Assembly (NCBI RefSeq): GCF_001194135.2
Contig: NC_068987.1
Span: 39,156,834 to 39,189,137, forward strand
From: Octopus bimaculoides
Taxonomy: Eukaryota
Reading direction: 5' to 3'
Length of the DNA stretch: 32,304 nt
Translations under genes and position numbers: made by a program
Part shown: positions 32,127 to 32,304 of the stretch, piece after piece
Layout of the letters: every line of letters begins with the position of its first letter
Numbering within the stretch: the first letter of the stretch is position 1
The notes under the pieces: model-generated
The model's database searches: none
What the model was told of the DNA's origin: nothing
The model's input: only the letters and a program-made list of their open reading frames with translations

Positions 32127-32304
32127 GAGCTCTGTTTTTAGTATTGATCTAACTCGTCTATAGTACTCTTTCTTTATTTTTTCTTTCATTTGTGTATGTT
32201 GTATCCTATCTAGTTCATTGACTCCTAAATACTTATATGGTTGGCTTTCGTCTAGTTCTCTTATTTCATTGGCTTTATCTAGTGTTATATTGCTACTTTT
32301 AACT
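32127..32304 (-). mobile_element. R4/Dong-like family B fragment running off the window
   Basis: Reads IRELDESQPYKYLGVNELDRIQHTQMKEKIKKEYYRRVRSILKTELN and then (AAT)n; same peptide as 8165 onward. Confidence 0.88.

Noticed and set aside
1-32304. CRISPR array, rRNA, or prokaryotic operon
   Set aside because: No regularly spaced repeat-spacer units or rRNA motifs; the sequence is eukaryotic repeat-rich DNA.

Overview
AT-rich eukaryotic DNA with six N-gaps, almost entirely decayed transposable elements and microsatellites. The SINE families and repeat style suggest an octopod cephalopod (inference, not verified). I recognise no intact host gene, though there are a few candidate + strand exons, the best being an 18-nt microexon at 16333-16350. 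Contents: several R4/Dong-like RLE LINEs tied to (TAA)n tracts, a TSD-flanked Penelope-like element (RT + GIY-YIG), three mariners (one full-length, Hsmar1-like), a Tigger-type MITE, non-autonomous Helitron-like elements, a Tx1-like LINE split by a solo LTR, Gypsy pol and LTR remnants, a long foldback element with a telomere-like core, and many tRNA-derived SINEs. The most interesting signal is the Penelope 3' terminal module: tRNA-like Pol III promoter + (TAA)n + a minimal hammerhead ribozyme whose helix III has no loop and so likely needs a dimer. A second copy of this module has a Dong-like LINE joined at its TAA tract. An unrelated minimal hammerhead-like motif lies on the - strand at 21515-21552. 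All family assignments come from motif recognition; no database search was run.
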